Under the pieces are notes generated by a model that was not told where the DNA came from, ran no database searches, and worked only from the letters and a program-made list of their open reading frames with translations. A stretch of DNA of 61,287 nt from an uncultured Alphaproteobacteria bacterium. GTDB taxonomy: Bacteria; Pseudomonadota; Alphaproteobacteria; JAAXGF01. The stretch covers positions 1 through 61,287 of the forward strand of contig CAYYWV010000001.1 of the NCBI GenBank assembly GCA_964475385.1, in the 5' to 3' direction. Shown one piece after another: positions 35,060-47,900 of this stretch. Position 1 is the stretch's first letter. Each line of letters starts with the position of its first letter. Both the position numbers and the translations under genes were made by a program.

Positions 35060-37237
35060 GTGGCGGAGCTCCTTCTCGAACTGTTGTCTGAGGAGATTCC
35101 GGCGCGCATGCAGGACCGCGCCGCCGCCGATCTCAAGCGCCTCGTCTGCGCGGGCCTCGACGAGGCCGGGCTCGCCTACGCCAGCGCCGACGCCTTCGCC
35201 ACCCCGCGCCGGCTCGCGCTCGTCGTCGACGGCCTGCCCGAACGCCAGCCCGACAGCCGGATCGAGCGCAAAGGCCCGCGCGTCGGCGCGCCCGAGAAGG
35301 CGGTCGAGGGCTTTTGCAAAAGCGTCGGCCTCACCCTCGACCAGCTCGAGGTCCGCGAGACGCCCAAGGGCAAGACGTACTATGCGGTTGAGCTGCGGTC
35401 CGGGTTGCCCACCGAACGCGTTCTGCCGGAAATCATCGAGCGCGCGCTCGACGGATTCCCGTGGCCGAAGTCGATGCGGTGGGGGGCGACCGAGGTGCGC
35501 TGGGTGCGGCCGTTGCGCAACATTCTCGCAGTCTTCAACGGCAAGCCGCTTGCTTTCGATTACGACCTCATTCGCGGAAAAGCGCTCACGAGCAACGAGC
35601 CGGAACGGGAAGCCCTCGAAATTCGGGCGCTGCCGAAGGCCGAGGTCGAAAAGATTCATGGCACGTTGAAGGCGACCAACGTTACGTATGGCCACCGCTT
35701 CCTCGCGCCCGAGCCCATCGACGAAGTCCAGAATTTTACCGACTACCGCGCGCGCCTGGACGCGGCCCGTGTGATGCTGGATGCGGCCGAGCGGCGGGCG
35801 GCGATCGAAGATAAAGCCGCCAGCCTCGCCGCCGCCGAAGGGCTGAGGCTCAGGCCCGATCCCGCGCTCGTGGCCGAGAACGCGGGGCTCGTCGAGTGGC
35901 CGGAAGTATATCTGGGCTCGATCGATCCCGCGTTCATGGCGCTGCCGCCCGAGGTGCTGACCACGGCCATGCGGGCGCATCAGAAGTACTTCGCGCTCGA
36001 AGACGAGACGGGCGCGCTCGCGCCGCGGTTCGCGCTGGTCGCCAACATGCGCCGCGACCACGGAGAACGCGACAAGCGGATTGTCGCCGGCAACGAGCGG
36101 GTGCTGCGCGCGCGGCTGGCCGACGCCCGTTTCTTCTGGGACCAGGACCGCAAGCGGACGCTCGAGAGCCGCGTCCCGGCGCTCGATTCGGTGGTGTTCC
36201 ACGCCCGCCTCGGCAGCCTCGGCGACAAGGCGCGGCGGATCGCGAAGCTCGCGCGCGCGCTCGCCGCCCGCGTTCCGGGGGCCGATGCGGACCGGGCCGA
36301 GCGGGCCGGGCTCTTGTGCAAGGCCGACCTCACGACCGAGATGGTCGGCGAGTTCCCCGAGCTTCAGGGCGTCATGGGGCGGTACTATGCGGCCCACGAC
36401 GGCGAGCCGGAGGCGGTCGCGGACGCGATCGCCGCGCACTACGCGCCCCAGGGGCCGAACGACGCCTGCCCCAAGGCGCCGGTGAGCGTCTGCGTCGCGC
36501 TCGCCGACAAGATCGACACCCTGGTCGGGTTCTGGACCATCGACGAGAAGCCGACCGGCTCCAAAGACCCCTTCGCGCTCCGCCGCGCGGCGCTCGGCGT
36601 CATCCGTCTGATCGTCGAGAACGGGCTCCGGATCAGTCTGCTTTCGTTCTTCGAGACGGCGGCGGCCGGCTATGCGGGCGTGGCCGAGGCCGACGATCCC
36701 GCCGCCGTGGCCGACGACCTTCTCGCCTTTTTCGCCGACCGGCTCAAGGCGCACCTGCGCGAGAAGGGCGTGCGGCACGATCTCATCTCGGCGGTGTTCG
36801 CGCTCGGCGGCGAGGATGATCTGGTGCGGCTCTTGGCGCGGGTCGAGGCGCTTCAAAGCTTCCTCGCCAGCGACGACGGCGAACGCCTGCTCACCGCCTA
36901 TCGGCGCGCCGCCAACATCGTGCGCATCGAGGAGAAGCGCGATGGCCTGCGCTACGACGGCGAGCCCGACCCGGCGCTCTTCGAGGCCGAGGACGAGCGC
37001 ATGCTCGCCGACCGCCTCGCCGAGGTCGACCGGGAGGCCGGCGAGGCGCTCGGCCGCGAGGACTTCGAGGGCGCGATGGCGGCGCTCGCCGCGCTGCGCG
37101 CGCCGGTCGATGCGTTCTTTGAGCATGTGACCGTGAACTGCGACGACCCGCCCGTGCGCCGCAACCGGCTCTTTCTTCTCGGCCGGATTCGCGCGGCGCT
37201 CGACGCGGTCGCCGACTTCTCTAAGATCGAGGGCTAA
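35060..37237 (+). CDS. glyS: Glycine--tRNA ligase beta subunit
   Basis: The GTG start lies 3 nt after the glyQ stop. (M)[17 protein letters not shown] is the typical GlyS N-terminus. The earlier part of the track ORF overlaps glyQ out of frame. Confidence 0.9.
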   Translation: MAELLLELLSEEIPARMQDRAAADLKRLVCAGLDEAGLAYASADAFATPRRLALVVDGLPERQPDSRIERKGPRVGAPEKAVEGFCKSVGLTLDQLEVRETPKGKTYYAVELRSGLPTERVLPEIIERALDGFPWPKSMRWGATEVRWVRPLRNILAVFNGKPLAFDYDLIRGKALTSNEPEREALEIRALPKAEVEKIHGTLKATNVTYGHRFLAPEPIDEVQNFTDYRARLDAARVMLDAAERRAAIEDKAASLAAAEGLRLRPDPALVAENAGLVEWPEVYLGSIDPAFMALPPEVLTTAMRAHQKYFALEDETGALAPRFALVANMRRDHGERDKRIVAGNERVLRARLADARFFWDQDRKRTLESRVPALDSVVFHARLGSLGDKARRIAKLARALAARVPGADADRAERAGLLCKADLTTEMVGEFPELQGVMGRYYAAHDGEPEAVADAIAAHYAPQGPNDACPKAPVSVCVALADKIDTLVGFWTIDEKPTGSKDPFALRRAALGVIRLIVENGLRISLLSFFETAAAGYAGVAEADDPAAVADDLLAFFADRLKAHLREKGVRHDLISAVFALGGEDDLVRLLARVEALQSFLASDDGERLLTAYRRAANIVRIEEKRDGLRYDGEPDPALFEAEDERMLADRLAEVDREAGEALGREDFEGAMAALAALRAPVDAFFEHVTVNCDDPPVRRNRLFLLGRIRAALDAVADFSKIEG

Positions 37238-37268
37238 TCTTCAAAGGCTGATCGAGGGCTAGGGGACG

Positions 37269-39947
<2,679 letters not shown>

Positions 39948-39970
39948 GCCATCGGGAGGAAGGACAGGCC

Positions 39971-40411
39971 ATGACCGACACGCCCGTTCAATCCGACTGC
40001 ATCTTCTGCAAGATCGTCGCCGGCGAGATTCCCTGCTTCAAGCTCTACGAGGACGAGGCGACGCTCGCCTTCATGGACATCAACCCGGTGAGCGAAGGCC
40101 ACGCGCTGATCATTCCCAAGGCCCATGCGGAGGACGTCTACGCGGTTTCGGACGAGGCCATCGCCGCGGCGGCGAAGACCGCCGCCCGGATCGCCCGCGC
40201 CGTGCGCGCCGCCTTCGACCCCGACGGGCTCAACCTCCTCCAGTGCAACGGGCCCGCCGCCGCCCAATCGGTCCAGCACTTCCACATGCACGTGATTCCG
40301 CGGCGCATGGACGACGGCCTCGCCATGAACTGGGAGATCGTCCCCGGCGACATGGACGCCATCGGCAAGGCCGCCGAACGCATCCGGGCCGAGATCGAAA
40401 AGGCGCCGTAA
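39971..40411 (+). CDS. HIT-family (histidine triad) nucleotide hydrolase/transferase
   Basis: CIFCKIVAGEIP and the triad QHFHMHVIPR. Only the last 441 nt of track ORF 37919..40411 are real. Confidence 0.85.
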   Translation: MTDTPVQSDCIFCKIVAGEIPCFKLYEDEATLAFMDINPVSEGHALIIPKAHAEDVYAVSDEAIAAAAKTAARIARAVRAAFDPDGLNLLQCNGPAAAQSVQHFHMHVIPRRMDDGLAMNWEIVPGDMDAIGKAAERIRAEIEKAP

Positions 40412-40431
40412 CCCCCCGCGCCCGACGACCG

Positions 40432-40749
40432 TCAGGCTAGCGCGTCGAGTCCTTTGCGCTCGACGAGGTTCAACAGCTTCATCGCCGGGCCGCGGGGCTT
40501 CTTCTCACCCTGCTCCCATTGCGCGACCGTCGATTTGCTGACATTGAGATAGGCGGCGAAGACCGGTTGGCTCACGCGTTGGCTGAGCCTGATGCGCCTG
40601 ATTTCATCCGCCGTATAGGTCTTGACCGGCGGAAGGCACAGAGCATCGAATTCCCGCATCGTCGTCGCCTTCATGACGCCGGCGTCGTGAAGGTCTTTTG
40701 CCTGCTGGCGGACCGCATTCAGGATACGGTTACGTCTGGTTCTGTTCAT
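40432..40749 (-). CDS. Type II antitoxin, XRE-type HTH (HigA/NadS-like), paralogue of 31298..31603
   Basis: IRRIRLSQRVSQPVFAAYLNVSKSTVAQWEQGEKKPRGPAMKLLNLVERKG. Confidence 0.7.
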   Translation of the reverse strand: MNRTRRNRILNAVRQQAKDLHDAGVMKATTMREFDALCLPPVKTYTADEIRRIRLSQRVSQPVFAAYLNVSKSTVAQWEQGEKKPRGPAMKLLNLVERKGLDALA

Positions 40750-41119
40750 CGTCGTTCCCGAGTTCCCTTAGAGCGTTCGCCTGGACCGCTTTCGCAATCT
40801 TGCGTTCGTCGTAGGCGAACAGCTCATCGGCAAGCATCTTGAGAGCGCGATACGCAACCTTGTCGATGTCATCTCTTTCGCGTTTCGCAAACCCATAGAC
40901 GAAAAACGCTCTCTTGCCTGCGCGAAAGGCGATCAGCGTTCGATAACCGCCCCGCTTGCCTTTTGTTTGGGTGGCAATCCGTTTCTTGTAAAGGCCCCCG
41001 CCGAGCCGGACATCGACCAACCCACGCTCTATTTCGTGGATAGCTGCGCGTAGAGAGTGATCGGCGATGCCCTCCTTGCGCGCCCAGCGGTCGAACCATT
41101 TGGTCACAAAGATGCGCAA
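40730..41119 (-). CDS. Type II toxin, RelE/HigB-like, paralogue-type of 30960..31301 (TTG start)
   Basis: (M)RIFVTKWFDRWARKEGI ... GGGLYKKRIATQTKGKRGGYRTLIAFRAGKRAFFVYGFAKRERDDI. The start codon in the DNA is TTG. It overlaps the antitoxin gene by 20 nt. Confidence 0.7.
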   Translation of the reverse strand: MRIFVTKWFDRWARKEGIADHSLRAAIHEIERGLVDVRLGGGLYKKRIATQTKGKRGGYRTLIAFRAGKRAFFVYGFAKRERDDIDKVAYRALKMLADELFAYDERKIAKAVQANALRELGNDDEQNQT

Positions 41120-41153
41120 TCGCCCATCCCATTCGTACCCGGAGCGGCATAAT

Positions 41154-41174
41154 ATATATCACTTTGTGATATAT
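41154..41174. promoter_or_regulatory. Perfect palindrome ATATATCAC-TTT-GTGATATAT upstream of toxin-antitoxin module 2 (operator candidate)
   Basis: Read directly, 35 nt upstream of the toxin start, in an AT-rich patch. Confidence 0.5.
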
Positions 41175-41239
41175 TTCGCAAAGAGAAGCTGGGGTTTGTT
41201 CACGCCGCTTTGTCGCCTGCGAACGGCCGAAAGAAAAAT

Positions 41240-42136
41240 TCAGGCCTGCGCCCACGGGGGCGGGAAGGGGCGAAGGCGGGCCTCGCCCGCGGTCATGGGC
41301 GCGTTCGCCCGCGCCGCGTTCTCGACCTGATCGAGGCGCAGCACGGCGAGGCCGCGATCGAGGCCGACCGAGCGCATCTCGCCCGCTTCTCGTCCGTCGA
41401 AGGTTACGCTTGCGCCGGGCGCGGGCGCAGGGCCTTCGATCGCGACCCCGAACAGGCGCTTGCGCAAGCGTCCGCGGTGATAGCTGCGGGCGGTGACCTC
41501 CTGGCCGACGAAGCAGCCTTTCTTGAGGTCGAGCCCGTTCAGATCCTCGATCCTGGCTTCTGCGAGAATCGACTTCTCGATCCGGATATCGCGGCTGCCG
41601 TCGGGAAGCGCGAGCGCGAGCCGGTGGCGGTCGTAATCGGCGGCGTCCGAGGGCGCGAAGCCGGCCGCTTCGGCCTCGGTCCGGGCGCGCGCCGCGGGCA
41701 GAATCGCGCGGGCGCCGGCGGCCGCGAGCCGGGGATCGACGTAGGCGATGCCGCCGCCGAAAGGCGCGGCCGCCCCTTCCGTCGCGTCGAGGCCGAGCGC
41801 CTCGGCCGCGCCTTCGCCATAGAGCGCGAGAATCGCGAGATCGTCGCGCCGGGCGATCTCGACCCGGGCGCGCAGCCGGTAAAAAGCGAAGCGCCGCGCG
41901 AGGTCGTCGATGCGCGCGGCCTCGCAGTCGAACAGAAGCGCGCCTTCGCGCTCGGCGATGAAGAAGTCGTGCAGGAACTTGCCCTGCGGGGTGAGCAGGG
42001 TGGCGTAAAGCGCGCGCGCAGGCGAGAGCCTGCGGATATCGTTCGAGATCAGGCCCTGAAGAAAGGCGCGGACGTCGTCCCCGGAAAGGGCGAGGATCGC
42101 GCGCTCTTCGATGACAGCATAGCGTCGCTTGGTCAT
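41240..42136 (-). CDS. ygfZ: Folate-binding YgfZ/CAF17-family protein (Fe-S cluster repair/tRNA modification associated)
   Basis: Aminomethyltransferase-like fold with the signature KGCFVGQEVTARSYHRGRLRKRL. Confidence 0.8.
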   Translation of the reverse strand: MTKRRYAVIEERAILALSGDDVRAFLQGLISNDIRRLSPARALYATLLTPQGKFLHDFFIAEREGALLFDCEAARIDDLARRFAFYRLRARVEIARRDDLAILALYGEGAAEALGLDATEGAAAPFGGGIAYVDPRLAAAGARAILPAARARTEAEAAGFAPSDAADYDRHRLALALPDGSRDIRIEKSILAEARIEDLNGLDLKKGCFVGQEVTARSYHRGRLRKRLFGVAIEGPAPAPGASVTFDGREAGEMRSVGLDRGLAVLRLDQVENAARANAPMTAGEARLRPFPPPWAQA

Positions 42137-42265
42137 CGCCTGGTGTCGTCTCCTCTGTGGTTCGCCTCTGCCCCGATCTAGAATACCCGCCGATCACGTG
42201 GGGCGCGCGGGGCCTGAAGGCAATCCCTGGCCATGATCGGGGCGATTGCGTATAACCGTCGCCCG

Positions 42266-43297
42266 ATGCGTATTCTCCTGGTCGACGACTCGTTGCCTTT
42301 TGACGGCTACACGCCTTCGAGCCAGCCTCTCGGCGGCGTCGAGAAGGCGTTCGCTTCTCTGCCCGCGGCGCTGCGCCGGCGCGGCCACGAGGTCGAAGCG
42401 ATCAATCGGTGCCGTTTCCCGATCACCGCCGACGGGGTGCAGTGGCGGCCGTGGGAGGCCCCGCGGCCCGAAAGCTGCGACGTTCTGATCGCTTACCGCA
42501 AACCGGCGCTCCTCGACTTCGAGGTCGAGGCGAAGCGGCGCATCCTTTGGCTCGCGAGTCCGGCGGACTATCTCGACCGGGGGCCGAACCCGGCGATCCT
42601 CGCCCGCCACGCCTCGGCCCCGATCGTGGTGGCGGGAGAGCGCCACGCGGCGACCGTGCCGGCCGCCTTCGCCGACCGCGTGGTCCAAATCCCGCCCGGC
42701 GTGACCGCGCCCTTTCGCGAGGCCGAGCCGATGGCGCCGGCCACGCCGCCGCGCGCCGTGGTCACGACCCATCCGCTGATGGATCTCGGCTGGTTGATCG
42801 CGCTTTGGACGCGGGCGATCCGGCCTGAGGCCGAAGGGGCCGAGCTCCACGTCTACTCGGCCATGCTCGACAAAGGGCAGCTCGGCGGCGACGTGCCCGA
42901 AGCGGTCCGCCCCGTGCTGGATCAGGCGCTCTCCGCGCGCGAGCACGGCGTGGTCGTGCTCAGACCCCGCGGCGATCCCGATATGGCCGAAGCCTACCGC
43001 GCGGCGCGGGTCCACCTCTATCCCGGCGCGGCCGCCGAGGTCTATTGCGCGACGCTCGCCGAGTCCCAGGCCGTCGGTCTGCCCGCGGTGGCGCGACCGT
43101 TCGCCGCAACCCGCGAGCGGATAATCGACGGCGAGACCGGCTTCATCGCGCCCGACGACGAAGCTTTCGCGAGCTGCGCTATTCTGCTGTTGGTGAACGA
43201 TAGCATCTTCGCGAGCCGCAGCGAGGCGGCGCGGACCATGCAGCGCAAACGAAGCTGGGACGAGGCGGCGGCCGCATTCGAGGCTCTGTTCTCGTGA
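42266..43297 (+). CDS. Glycosyltransferase, family 4 (GT-B) like
   Basis: MRILLVDDSLPFDGYTPSSQPLGGVEKAF. C-terminal E-x7-E-like region (ESQAVGLPAV ... IIDGETG). Confidence 0.7.
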   Translation: MRILLVDDSLPFDGYTPSSQPLGGVEKAFASLPAALRRRGHEVEAINRCRFPITADGVQWRPWEAPRPESCDVLIAYRKPALLDFEVEAKRRILWLASPADYLDRGPNPAILARHASAPIVVAGERHAATVPAAFADRVVQIPPGVTAPFREAEPMAPATPPRAVVTTHPLMDLGWLIALWTRAIRPEAEGAELHVYSAMLDKGQLGGDVPEAVRPVLDQALSAREHGVVVLRPRGDPDMAEAYRAARVHLYPGAAAEVYCATLAESQAVGLPAVARPFAATRERIIDGETGFIAPDDEAFASCAILLLVNDSIFASRSEAARTMQRKRSWDEAAAAFEALFS

Positions 43298-44325
43298 GGA
43301 TCCTGTTCATCACCTCGACCCGGATCGGCGACGCGGTGCTGACCACGGGGCTTCTCAATCACCTCGTCGAACGTTACCGAAGGGCGCGAATCACGGTCGC
43401 TTGCGGGCCGGCGGCCGCGCCCCTGTTCGCCGCCGCGCCTAAGGTCGAACGCGTGATCGTGCTCAACAAGCGCAAATGGGCCGGCCACTGGTTCGACCTG
43501 TGGCGGACCTGCATCAAGGTGTGGTGGGGCTGGGACATGATCGTGGACCTGCGCGGCTCGCTGATCTCCTATTTTCTCCTCGCCCGCAGCCGCAGGGTCT
43601 ATTGGGGCGAGCTCGGCGGGCGGCACCGCGTGATCGCGCTCGCCCGCGTTCTGCGCCTGCCCCGGCCTCCGACCCCTCGCGTTTGGACGACCCCCGCACA
43701 GGAAGCCGCGGCTGCGGACCGGGTTCCTTCCGGCTCTCCGGTGCTCGGCATCGGGCCGACCGCCAACTGGCGGGGCAAGATCTGGCCGGCCGAGAACTTC
43801 GCGACCCTCGTCGAGCGCTTGACCGCGGCGAACGGAATCCTGCCCGGCGCGCGCGTGGCCGTGTTCGGCGCCGCCAACGAGCGCGAGACCGCGCGGCCGC
43901 TTCTTGAAGCGATGCCCAAGGGCCGGCTGATCGATCTCGTCGGCGGGACCGACCTGATGACCGCGGCGGCCGCGCTCAAGCGTTGCGCGCTTTACGTCGG
44001 CAACGATTCGGGCCTCATGCACCTCGCCGCCGCGGCCGGCGCGCCGACCCTCGGCCTGTTCGGGCCGAGCCGCCCCGAGATCTACGCGCCCTGGGGGCCG
44101 CGCGCCGCCTATGCGCAGACCGCGATACCCTACGCCAAGCTGTTCCCGCGGGGCTACGATCACCGCACGACGGAAAGCCTGATGGGGAGCCTTTCGGTCG
44201 ACGCCGCCGCAAACGCGGCGGAAGCGTTGTGGGAGCGCTGCGGGGAGGAGCGGCTCGAGGAGCTGGAAGAGCGGGGCGTGATCCGGTGGGATGCGGCCGA
44301 ACTGGAAGGCGAAGGGCTGGCATGA
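43294..44325 (+). CDS. Glycosyltransferase family 9 (heptosyltransferase-like)
   Basis: (M)RILFITSTRIGDAVLTTGLLNHL and YVGNDSGLMHLAAAAGAPTLGLFGP. The GTG start overlaps the upstream stop (GTGA). Confidence 0.8.
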   Translation: MRILFITSTRIGDAVLTTGLLNHLVERYRRARITVACGPAAAPLFAAAPKVERVIVLNKRKWAGHWFDLWRTCIKVWWGWDMIVDLRGSLISYFLLARSRRVYWGELGGRHRVIALARVLRLPRPPTPRVWTTPAQEAAAADRVPSGSPVLGIGPTANWRGKIWPAENFATLVERLTAANGILPGARVAVFGAANERETARPLLEAMPKGRLIDLVGGTDLMTAAAALKRCALYVGNDSGLMHLAAAAGAPTLGLFGPSRPEIYAPWGPRAAYAQTAIPYAKLFPRGYDHRTTESLMGSLSVDAAANAAEALWERCGEERLEELEERGVIRWDAAELEGEGLA

Positions 44326-45077
44326 ACGCGCCTCGGCTCAGCGCCCTGGTCGTCGCCCATAACGAAGAGGCCCAGCTCGCCGACTGCCTCGAGACGCTTT
44401 CCTTCGCCGACGAGATCGTGGTCGTGCTCGACCGTTGCACCGACAACTCGAAGGCGGTCGCGGCGCGGTTCGCCGACCGCATCGTCGAAGGCGCTTGGGA
44501 GATCGAAGGGCCGCGCCGCAACGCCGGGATCGCCGCCTGTTCGGGCGACTGGATTCTCGAGGTCGACGCCGACGAGCGCGTTCCGCCGGCGCTCGCCGCC
44601 GAGATCCGCGCGGCGATCGTCGACGCCGCGCCGGGCTACTTCCTCGTCCCTTACGACAACTACATCGGCGATCGGCTGGTGCGCTACGGCTGGGGCGCGT
44701 CCTGGGGCGTGTCGGCGACGGCGCGACTGTTCTCGCGCGGCGCCAAGCGCTGGGGCGATCAGCGCATCCATCCCAAGGTCGCGCTCGAAGGGGAACGTCG
44801 CTGGCTGAACGCGCGCATGATCCACTACGTCGACCGCGACATCTCGGACATGATCCGCCGCCTCGACCGCTACACCACGCTAAGAGCGCGCGATCTGCGC
44901 GAATCGGGGGCGCGCGAGAGCTTGGCCAACAACCTGCGCCGATTGTTCTCGCGCTTCTTTAAGTGTTACATCAAACGAAAAGGCTACCGCGAGGGCGGAT
45001 ATGGGTTTCTGATCGCACTGTTCGCGGGGCTGTACCCCTTGATCGCTTACTTCAAGGCGACGCTGGAGGACGAATGA
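44322..45077 (+). CDS. Glycosyltransferase family 2 (KdtX/WaaE-like core glycosyltransferase)
   Basis: LSALVVAHNEEAQLADCLETLSFADEIVVVLDRCTDNS and ILEVDADER (DxD-type). The start overlaps the upstream stop (ATGA). Confidence 0.75.
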   Translation: MNAPRLSALVVAHNEEAQLADCLETLSFADEIVVVLDRCTDNSKAVAARFADRIVEGAWEIEGPRRNAGIAACSGDWILEVDADERVPPALAAEIRAAIVDAAPGYFLVPYDNYIGDRLVRYGWGASWGVSATARLFSRGAKRWGDQRIHPKVALEGERRWLNARMIHYVDRDISDMIRRLDRYTTLRARDLRESGARESLANNLRRLFSRFFKCYIKRKGYREGGYGFLIALFAGLYPLIAYFKATLEDE

Positions 45078-45105
45078 ACGCCCGCCTGCGTCGCAGTTGC
45101 GCCTG

Positions 45106-46128
45106 ATGCGCGTTCTCCAGGTCATGGCCGGCGCGCGCCACGGCGGGGCGGAGGCGTTCTTTACGCGGCTGGTGCCGGCGCTCGCCCGCGCGGGGCTCGA
45201 CCAGCACGCCGCGATCCGCCGCAACCCTGCGCGCGCCGCGGCCCTGCGCGCCGCCGGGGTGCCGGTGACCGAGCTCCGCTTCGGCGGGCGGCTCGACCTT
45301 GCGACCGGGCCGCGCCTTCGCCGGCTGGCGGCGGCGTTTCGGCCCGCGATCGTGCTCTCCTGGATGAACCGGGCGAGCCGGGCCGTCCCCGCGGGCGCTT
45401 ATGTCCATGTCGGCAGGCTCGGCGGCTACTACGATCTCAAGTACTACCGACGTTGCGACTGGCTGGTCGCCAACACCGAGGACATCGCCGATTACGTAAT
45501 CGACGCGGGCTGGCCGCGGGACCGGGTGCGCTGTCTGCCGAACTTCGTCGCCGATGCGGCCAGCCCGCCGGCCTCTCGCGCCGAGCTCGATACGCCCGAG
45601 GACGCGCCGCTTCTGCTCGCGCTCGGTCGGCTTCACCGCAACAAGGCGTTCGACGTCCTGATCGAGGCGCTCGCGGCGCTGCCGGGGGTCTGGCTCTGGC
45701 TCGCGGGCGCAGGGCCCGAAGAAAGCGCCTTGCGCGCGGCGGCGGCCCGCCTTGGCGTCGCGGAGCGGCTGCGCTTTCTCGGCTGGCGCGAGGATGCGCC
45801 GGCGTTGCTCGCCGCCTGCGACGTCTTCGTCTGCCCCTCGCGGCACGAGCCGCTCGGCAATGTGGTGATCGAGGCCTGGGCGCAGCGTCGCCCGGTGGTC
45901 GCGGCGGCGGCGCAAGGGCCGCGGGCGTTGATCGAAGACGGCGAAACCGGACTTCTCGCGCCGGTGGACGACGCGGACGCGCTCGCCCGCGCGATTCGCC
46001 GCCTGATCGACGACCCGGCGTTTGCCGCCGGGCTCGCGCGCGCCGGGCGCGCCGCGTTCGAGGCGCGGTTCTCCGAGCCCGTGGTGATCGGGCGCTGGCT
46101 CGACTTCTTCGCCGAGGTCGCGGGCTGA
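45106..46128 (+). CDS. Glycosyltransferase family 4 (RfaG-like)
   Basis: MRVLQVMAGARHGGAEAFF. C-terminal PSRHEPLGNVVIEAWAQRRPVVA...IEDGETG. The track start at 45097 is TTG; the ATG at 45106 is preferred. Confidence 0.75.
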   Translation: MRVLQVMAGARHGGAEAFFTRLVPALARAGLDQHAAIRRNPARAAALRAAGVPVTELRFGGRLDLATGPRLRRLAAAFRPAIVLSWMNRASRAVPAGAYVHVGRLGGYYDLKYYRRCDWLVANTEDIADYVIDAGWPRDRVRCLPNFVADAASPPASRAELDTPEDAPLLLALGRLHRNKAFDVLIEALAALPGVWLWLAGAGPEESALRAAAARLGVAERLRFLGWREDAPALLAACDVFVCPSRHEPLGNVVIEAWAQRRPVVAAAAQGPRALIEDGETGLLAPVDDADALARAIRRLIDDPAFAAGLARAGRAAFEARFSEPVVIGRWLDFFAEVAG

Positions 46129-47894
46129 TGTGCGGGATCGCCGGGATCTGGCGGAGCGACGGCGCGGCGCCCGACGAGGCGGCGCTCGATGCGCTCGAGA
46201 CCGCGCTCGGCCACCGCGGCCCCGACGGCGCGGGACGGTTCCGCGCCGGCGGGCTTGCGCTCGTTCATACCCGGCTTGCGATCATCGACCTCGCCGGCGG
46301 CGATCAGCCGCTCTTCGGCCCGGGCGGCGCGGCGCTCGTCGCCAACGCCGAGATCTACGACTATATCGAGCAACGCGCGGCGCTTGGGGTCGAGCGCTTC
46401 GCCACCGACTCGGACTGCGAGGCGCCGCTTCACCTTTACGCTCGGGACGGGGCGCGCTTCGCCGAGTCCTTGCGGGGCATGTACGCGATCGCGCTCTTCG
46501 ACGCGCAGGCGGGGCGGCTTCTGCTCGCGCGCGATCCTTTCGGCATCAAGCCGCTCTACTACGTCGAGCGCGCCGACGGCATCGCCTTCGCCTCCGAGCC
46601 CCAGGCCCTGATCGCGGCGGGGCTCGCCGGGCGCCGGCTGGAGCCGCGCGCGCGCGACGAACTCCTCCAGCTTCAGTTCTCGACCGGGCGCGAGACCGTC
46701 TTCGCGGGCGTCAACCGGGTGCTGCCGGGCGAGACCCTGGTCGTCTCGCAAGGCCGGATCGTCGAGCGGCTCCACCGCTCGGCGCTGCCCGACGGCGGCC
46801 CCGCCGACTGGGACGAGGCCGAGGCGCTGGAGCGGCTCGACGCGGCGCTCGCCGACAGCGTCACCGTCCATCAGCGCGCCGACGTCGATTACGGGATGTT
46901 CCTCTCGGGCGGGATCGACAGCGCGGCCCTTCTCGCGCTCATGGCGCGGACCGGCGGGCGCAGGGTCCGGGCCTACACGGTGGGCTTTCCGGGCTCGGCC
47001 GCCCACGACGAGCGCGCGCACGCCCGCCGGCTCGCCGCCGAAGTCGGGGCCGAGCACGTGGAGGTTGCATTCGACGAAGGCGACTTCTGGCGGCTGTTGC
47101 CGGCGGTCGCCGCCGCGCTCGACGACCCGGCGGCCGACTATGCGGCCCTGCCGAGTTACAAGCTCGCCGCGCGCGCCGCCGCCGAGGTCAAGGTGGTGCT
47201 GACCGGCGAAGGGGGGGACGAGCTGTTCGCGGGCTACGGCCGCTACCGGTCGGCCATGCGGCCATGGTGGCGCGGCGGCAAGGCGTTCCGCCGCCGCGGG
47301 CTCCTCGAAGGGCTCGGCCTGTTGCGCGCGCCGAGGCCCGGCTGGCGCGACGGGATCGGGGCCGCCGAGGCCCGCGCGCTGCGTCCCGGCCGCAGCCGGC
47401 TTCAGACCCTTCAGGCGGTCGATTGCGCCGACTGGCTCGCCCACGACCTTCTGCTCAAGGTCGATCGCTGCCTGATGGCCCATGGCCTCGAAGGGCGGAC
47501 GCCGTTTCTCGATCCGGTCGTGGCCCGGGTCGCCTTTCGTCTTCCCGACCGGCTCAAGGTCGAGCGCGGGCTCGGCAAGTGGCTCCTGCGCCGCTGGCTC
47601 GACCGCCACTTGCCTGCGGCGCAGCCGTTCGCCCGCAAGCGCGGGTTCACGGTGCCGGTCGCCGAGTGGATCGCGGGCAAGGGCGCGGCGCTCGGCCCTC
47701 TGGTCGCGGCCCAGGCGGGCGTCAACGAGGTCTGCGATGGGGACGCGGTGCGCGCGCTCTATCGCGCGCCCATGGACAAGCGGCGCGGCTTCGCGGCCTG
47801 GACGCTCTTGTTCTATGCGCTGTGGCACCGCCGCCACATCGAAGGCGGCGCGCCCGCGGGCGACGTCATCGAGACTCTTTCGAGTCCTGCGTGA
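46128..47894 (+). CDS. Asparagine synthase (glutamine-hydrolysing) family amidotransferase
   Basis: Ntn Cys in MCGIAGIW, HRGPDG, the PP-loop segment MFLSGGIDSAAL. The start overlaps the upstream stop (TGATG). The first 675 nt of the track ORF are an out-of-frame shadow. Confidence 0.85.
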   Translation: MCGIAGIWRSDGAAPDEAALDALETALGHRGPDGAGRFRAGGLALVHTRLAIIDLAGGDQPLFGPGGAALVANAEIYDYIEQRAALGVERFATDSDCEAPLHLYARDGARFAESLRGMYAIALFDAQAGRLLLARDPFGIKPLYYVERADGIAFASEPQALIAAGLAGRRLEPRARDELLQLQFSTGRETVFAGVNRVLPGETLVVSQGRIVERLHRSALPDGGPADWDEAEALERLDAALADSVTVHQRADVDYGMFLSGGIDSAALLALMARTGGRRVRAYTVGFPGSAAHDERAHARRLAAEVGAEHVEVAFDEGDFWRLLPAVAAALDDPAADYAALPSYKLAARAAAEVKVVLTGEGGDELFAGYGRYRSAMRPWWRGGKAFRRRGLLEGLGLLRAPRPGWRDGIGAAEARALRPGRSRLQTLQAVDCADWLAHDLLLKVDRCLMAHGLEGRTPFLDPVVARVAFRLPDRLKVERGLGKWLLRRWLDRHLPAAQPFARKRGFTVPVAEWIAGKGAALGPLVAAQAGVNEVCDGDAVRALYRAPMDKRRGFAAWTLLFYALWHRRHIEGGAPAGDVIETLSSPA

Positions 47895-47900
47895 GCCCGT

